A stretch of DNA of 64,000 nt from positions 96,001 to 160,000 of the forward strand of contig CBDCWI010000002.1 in assembly GCA_965223325.1 (NCBI GenBank), written 5' to 3'. Every line of letters starts with the position of its first letter. Position 1 is the stretch's first letter. Shown piece after piece: positions 60,460 to 64,000 of the stretch. Source of the stretch: Candidatus Multivoradales bacterium (GTDB lineage: Bacteria > Acidobacteriota > Thermoanaerobaculia > Multivoradales > Multivoraceae). The notes beneath the pieces were generated by a model. That model saw only the letters and a list, made by a program, of their open reading frames with translations, was not told the DNA's origin and ran no database searches. Made by a program: the position numbers and the translations under genes.

Positions 60460-62859
60460 TCAGCCGGCGGGCGGTCGCCGCGGGCGGGCCGAGCGCGAAG
60501 ACGAACCACTCGAGCGGCTCGAGCTGCCTGAACGGCTCCGGGCTGCGGGTCGTGAGGAGCTCTGAGCGCGTGACGAGGACGCCCGCGAGCCGCTCGACGA
60601 GCGCGACGGGGCAGGGCGAGCCGAGCTGCGCGTCGAGCTCCGCGGCGGACTCGATGCCCGGCTACGAGACGCCGGCCGACTCGCTGGACGCGAAGCCGCA
60701 GGCCTCGGGCTCGAGCGTGTCGTCGAGGGTCTGGCTGCTGGCCGTGATGCGCTCGATCGCGCAGCCGGTCGCGAAGCGGGAGGTCTCGAGGTCGCGCTTG
60801 GGCGGGCTGCCGGCCGGGCAGCCTGGGGTGGGCGCGAGGTCGAACGCGCTCGCGATGGCGCCCGGGTTCGCGAGCCCGTCGATGGACTCGGACGGGCCGC
60901 GGGGCGGGAGTTACTCCGCGTGGTCGGCCTCGCGCTCGGTGGCCTGGCACTCGACCGCGAGGCTGGTGGGCGGCTGGTGCGCGGCCGTGCCTGGGAACTC
61001 GAGCGAGGACTCGGTCGTGGCGACGTTGGCCTGGCGGTCGGCGGACGAGTCGAAGTTGGACGCCGGGTCGTGGTCTGAGGGCGAGCGCTCGGTGGGCGGG
61101 TGGTGGTCCGGGGTCGACTCGGCGTTGCGACCCGCGGCGTCGTCGGGCGCGGCGTGGTCGGCCGGGTCGTCGGACGTGAGGTCGAAGGCCGCCTGGTCGA
61201 CGGACGTTCTGTCGAGCGTGCGCCGCTGCGCTGTGAGCGATCGCGAATCGGGTCGATCACCCGGCGGGCCGGTGAACGCTCACCGCGCTCTGCCGCGCTG
61301 CGACCGGCGGTTTCACGATCGACCTGCCCGCGGTTGCGCGACGTGGCGCCACGGTCGGTGCCCGTACCCTCGGCACGCGACCGGCTTCCCGTTCCAGGAC
61401 CGGCGATCGTCGGCCGCTGCCCGGGAGCCGTTCGAACAACTCGCGAGCCGCCGCGCGGGGTGACTGCGGGCGCACCGATGACGCGCGTGCCATCGCGCGA
61501 ATCGCGATTGGGGCGCTCGGCCACCAGAACGCGGTTCTGTACCTCGTCGGTGAGCTCGCGATCGCGGCGTACGAAGCTCGTGACGTCGGGCAGTTCGGCA
61601 CGGCCACGGTTGCCGTCGCGCGACCAGCGATCGCGCAGAACGTCCTGTCCTCGACGATCGCGAGCCTGCCTGATGTCGATGCCGCGGGTATCGGTGGTGA
61701 CGATGCCGTGGGGCCCACGCTCGTCTCGGTAGTGACGGCCGCGGCGGTGGTGTCGGTACTGGTCGCGGTAGCCGAGCCGGCCCGGTGGGCAGAAGACCCA
61801 GTTGTCGAAGTGCGACCAGCGGCCGCCGGCCCAACCGTAAATGCCGTGATAGAAGCCCCATGGATTGTAGGCGCGGCGATAGAAGCCGTGGTAGTAGCCC
61901 CAGGGTACCCAGGCGGTGTAGCTGTCACCCCAGTACCAATAGACGTGGGCAGGGGCGAAGCGGTAACCGGGGTACCACAGCCAACCGAAGCGTGGATGGA
62001 GGTCCCAAGAACCGTAGTGCCAGACCGAACTGGCCCACGGGTCGAGCGACACCCAGTACATTCCACTCGGGGTCGAGCGCCAGTAGCCACGCCGATAGGG
62101 CTGCCACTCGGCGGCTACCGCGGGGCGCCAGGCGCGTCCCTTTTCGACCGCGACCCAGTCGCCGTGCTGGTCGAGGTTGCTGACGCGGCCGGGAAGCGGT
62201 TCCTCGACGTACTCAGAAGATGTGAGGGTGATGTCCTGCCCAGCGGCCCAGATCTCGAACCCGGAGAGAGAGCCGGCGGAGACCAGTCGCGACGTGGCGT
62301 TCCTCGAACCTTCGATGTGCAGTTCTTCGCCAGCGCGTACGACCGAGGAGCCGCGACGGTCGACCACTTCGACGTAGCCCTCGCGCACGACGATCTGGGT
62401 CCACGAGTCGCCGGATGCCGAAACCATGATTTCGCTTGCACCATCGGCATAGATGCGACTGTTGCCGGTGTCGATCTCAGTGGGAACCTGGGTGGAGAGT
62501 CCATGGACCAGGTGGAGGCGGCCGCGCTCGAGACGCAGCGAGGTGCTCTGGTCGGAGCTCTCGGGCGTCCTGGCCAGGCGAACGAACTCGAGCATCGTGT
62601 CCTCGTCGACCGCCAGGCGGTCGCCGTCGGCGAGCAGGACTCCCAGCCGCGTCCCACGGTGCGTGTCGAGCCGGTCGCCAGGAAGGATCGGCAGATTGAT
62701 GGTGGCCTCGGCACGCTCTCCGGTGTCGCCCTCGACGAGGGTGGCGTCGCCATCGAGAGTGTGCACATACGAGTAGTAGGCCTCCTGTGCCTGGACGGCA
62801 GCTGCGAGAAGGCCGCTGGCGAGAAAGCCGGCAAACAGGCTGAGGACTTTGCGGTTCAT
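60460..62859 (-). CDS. exported FecR-like + DUF6600-like protein with long Arg/Ser/Pro-rich tail
   Basis: Signal peptide (AVQAQ), NLPILPGDRL FecR-like domain, LDQHGDW..WRP..WQPYRRGYW..WVS..PW..HYGSW aromatic domain, low-complexity C-terminus. Confidence 0.85.
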   Translation of the reverse strand: MNRKVLSLFAGFLASGLLAAAVQAQEAYYSYVHTLDGDATLVEGDTGERAEATINLPILPGDRLDTHRGTRLGVLLADGDRLAVDEDTMLEFVRLARTPESSDQSTSLRLERGRLHLVHGLSTQVPTEIDTGNSRIYADGASEIMVSASGDSWTQIVVREGYVEVVDRRGSSVVRAGEELHIEGSRNATSRLVSAGSLSGFEIWAAGQDITLTSSEYVEEPLPGRVSNLDQHGDWVAVEKGRAWRPAVAAEWQPYRRGYWRSTPSGMYWVSLDPWASSVWHYGSWDLHPRFGWLWYPGYRFAPAHVYWYWGDSYTAWVPWGYYHGFYRRAYNPWGFYHGIYGWAGGRWSHFDNWVFCPPGRLGYRDQYRHHRRGRHYRDERGPHGIVTTDTRGIDIRQARDRRGQDVLRDRWSRDGNRGRAELPDVTSFVRRDRELTDEVQNRVLVAERPNRDSRDGTRVIGAPAVTPRGGSRVVRTAPGQRPTIAGPGTGSRSRAEGTGTDRGATSRNRGQVDRETAGRSAAERGERSPARRVIDPIRDRSQRSGARSTERPSTRRPSTSRPTTRPTTPRPTTPRVATPSRPRTTTRPPSARPQTTTRRPTSTRPPTARPTSPRPSPRSSSQARPRTSRPPASRSSARPPSARPTTRSNSRPAARPSPSTGSRTRAPSRARSTSRPPQAARPAARPSATSRPPASRPAARSSASRPAARPSTTRSSPRPAASRPASRPASRSRASSPPRSSTRSSARPAPSRSSSGSRASSSRAQSSSRPAARSRSGSSSRSSGSSSRSARPRRPPAG

Positions 62860-62940
62860 GACTTGGGGATCTCCCTGACTGGTCTCTGGCGAAAACGAAG
62901 CCTAGCAACAAGGCCTGGAGCGTTCGCCTGCCACTCTCTG

Positions 62941-62957
62941 TGCAAGCGGCTCGCCAG
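62941..62957 (-). promoter_or_regulatory. sigma-54 (-24/-12) promoter
   Basis: Minus strand CTGGCGAGCCGCTTGCA has exact GG-N10-GC spacing with TTGCA, ~80 nt upstream of the ATG at 62859. Confidence 0.7.
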
Positions 62958-62984
62958 GAGCATCGCAACCCCAAATGCCCGAAG

Positions 62985-62997
62985 AATCAGTGCTTTG
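62985..62997. promoter_or_regulatory. IHF binding site
   Basis: AATCAGTGCTTTG matches WATCAR-N4-TTR, about 30-40 bp upstream of the -24 element. Confidence 0.55.
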
Positions 62998-63119
62998 CCG
63001 CGGTGCCAGGGACTGCGGAAAGTTGCGGCCGCGTCCTCGACCCAGGACAGCGCGTCATCGTGGAGGACGGTGATCCTGAGGCTCAGTGGAGGTGTGGCCA
63101 CAGAAATACAATAAAAAGA

Positions 63120-63148
63120 TTGATATAGAGGAATACAAGTAATACAAT
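63120..63148 (+). promoter_or_regulatory. sigma-70-type promoter with AT-rich upstream element
   Basis: TTGATA (63120-63125), 17 nt, then TACAAT (63143-63148), with an A-tract upstream. Confidence 0.7.
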
Positions 63149-63210
63149 TTTGCTCCGAATGGGTGTCGTTCGCACGCCCTTCTCGTGTCCATTGTTCTCC
63201 GGGGTCTGCC

Positions 63211-64000
63211 ATGACGTTCTCTCCGTGCCGCTCGCTCGCTCTGTGTTCCCTTGCTCTCGCCCTTTTGTCGACTGCACCGGCTGCAGAGGCCTCGGTTCCC
63301 GCCGCGCCAGTCGTTGCCCAGGTCAGCCAGCCCGATGGGACAACGATCTCGATCATGCAGAAGGGCACCCGGCAGCGGAACTGGTACACGACCGTCGATG
63401 GTTACGCCATCGTCCAGTCGAATGACGGCTGGTGGCGCTACGCCCAACCGTCCGCCGGTGGTGCACTCGAGGCAACCGCCATGCGTGTCGGTCTCGACGA
63501 CGCGAGCGCCCGGCAGCAGCTCTCGATCGGTCTGGTGCCCGGGTTGGACAACGGCGAACCGGGAGATCTCCACATTCCGCGTCGGGTTCGGCCGCCGGGC
63601 CGTTCGGGCACGGTCACGCAGCCGGTGTTGACGATCATTGTCTCCTTCCAGGACATCTCGACGATCTACAGCGATGCGTCGTTCCAGTCGCTGATCTACG
63701 GTGCGACCGACAGCGTCAAGGATTACTACGACGAGATTTCCTACGGCAACTTCAACATCGTACCGGCCAACGAGACAGAAGGGACCGCAAACGACGGGGT
63801 GGTGGCTGTCACTCTGGGGATCAACCATCCCAATCCGGGTTCAGGTGGTTCGGCGGCAATCGTCTCGGCTGCGTTCGCAGCCGCCGACCCGTACATCGAT
63901 TACTCCGCCTACGACGACAACGGTGACGGGGAGATATCAGTCGGCGAGCTGAGCATTATGCTGATCGCCGCTGGATGGGAAGCGGCCTTTGCCCCCAACT
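63211..64000 (+). CDS. secreted M6-family (immune inhibitor A-like) metalloprotease, 5' part (runs off window)
   Basis: Not in the ORF track because it has no stop in the window. Reads MTFSPCRSLALCSLALALLSTAPAAEA-SVPAAP..QPDG..WYTTVDGY..WWRYA..VLTIIVSFQD..SVKDYYDEISYGNF..AADPYIDYSAYDDNGDG. Confidence 0.85.
   Translation, partial: MTFSPCRSLALCSLALALLSTAPAAEASVPAAPVVAQVSQPDGTTISIMQKGTRQRNWYTTVDGYAIVQSNDGWWRYAQPSAGGALEATAMRVGLDDASARQQLSIGLVPGLDNGEPGDLHIPRRVRPPGRSGTVTQPVLTIIVSFQDISTIYSDASFQSLIYGATDSVKDYYDEISYGNFNIVPANETEGTANDGVVAVTLGINHPNPGSGGSAAIVSAAFAAADPYIDYSAYDDNGDGEISVGELSIMLIAAGWEAAFAPN

Noticed and set aside
60500-61250. DNA-level tandem repeat or mobile element in the CG-rich repetitive stretch
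   Set aside because: The repetition is explained by the low-complexity protein tail and has no fixed nucleotide period.

Overview
GC-rich (roughly two-thirds G+C by eye) bacterial chromosomal backbone. Gene order and content suggest Acidobacteriota, possibly Thermoanaerobaculia-like; this is inference. The window is mostly housekeeping: trxB, psd-pssA, tsaB-rimI, mutS, ssb, HU/IHF, spoVG-tRNA-Gln-prs-rplY-pth, hppA, rpsF-rpsR-rplI, PBP1A, uvrB-uvrC, rnpB, recG, scpA-scpB-rluB-cmk, tRNA-Gly, bactofilin, ald, RluD-like synthase and lspA. I see no integrase, transposase, prophage or CRISPR array. The notable signals are: (1) a doubly degenerate FHA + sigma-54-activator-like protein that has lost its phosphothreonine-binding, ATPase and GAFTGA residues but keeps its HTH, sitting next to a ~1400-aa NtrY-type kinase with no response regulator; (2) about eleven genes with a -10-like box 6-9 nt before the start codon, indicating widespread leaderless transcription; (3) a sigma-54 promoter with an IHF site in front of a FecR/DUF6600-like protein; (4) other apparent pseudo-enzymes (Asd-like, HPK J-domain); (5) small tandem repeats. 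All family assignments come from motif recognition, not database searches.
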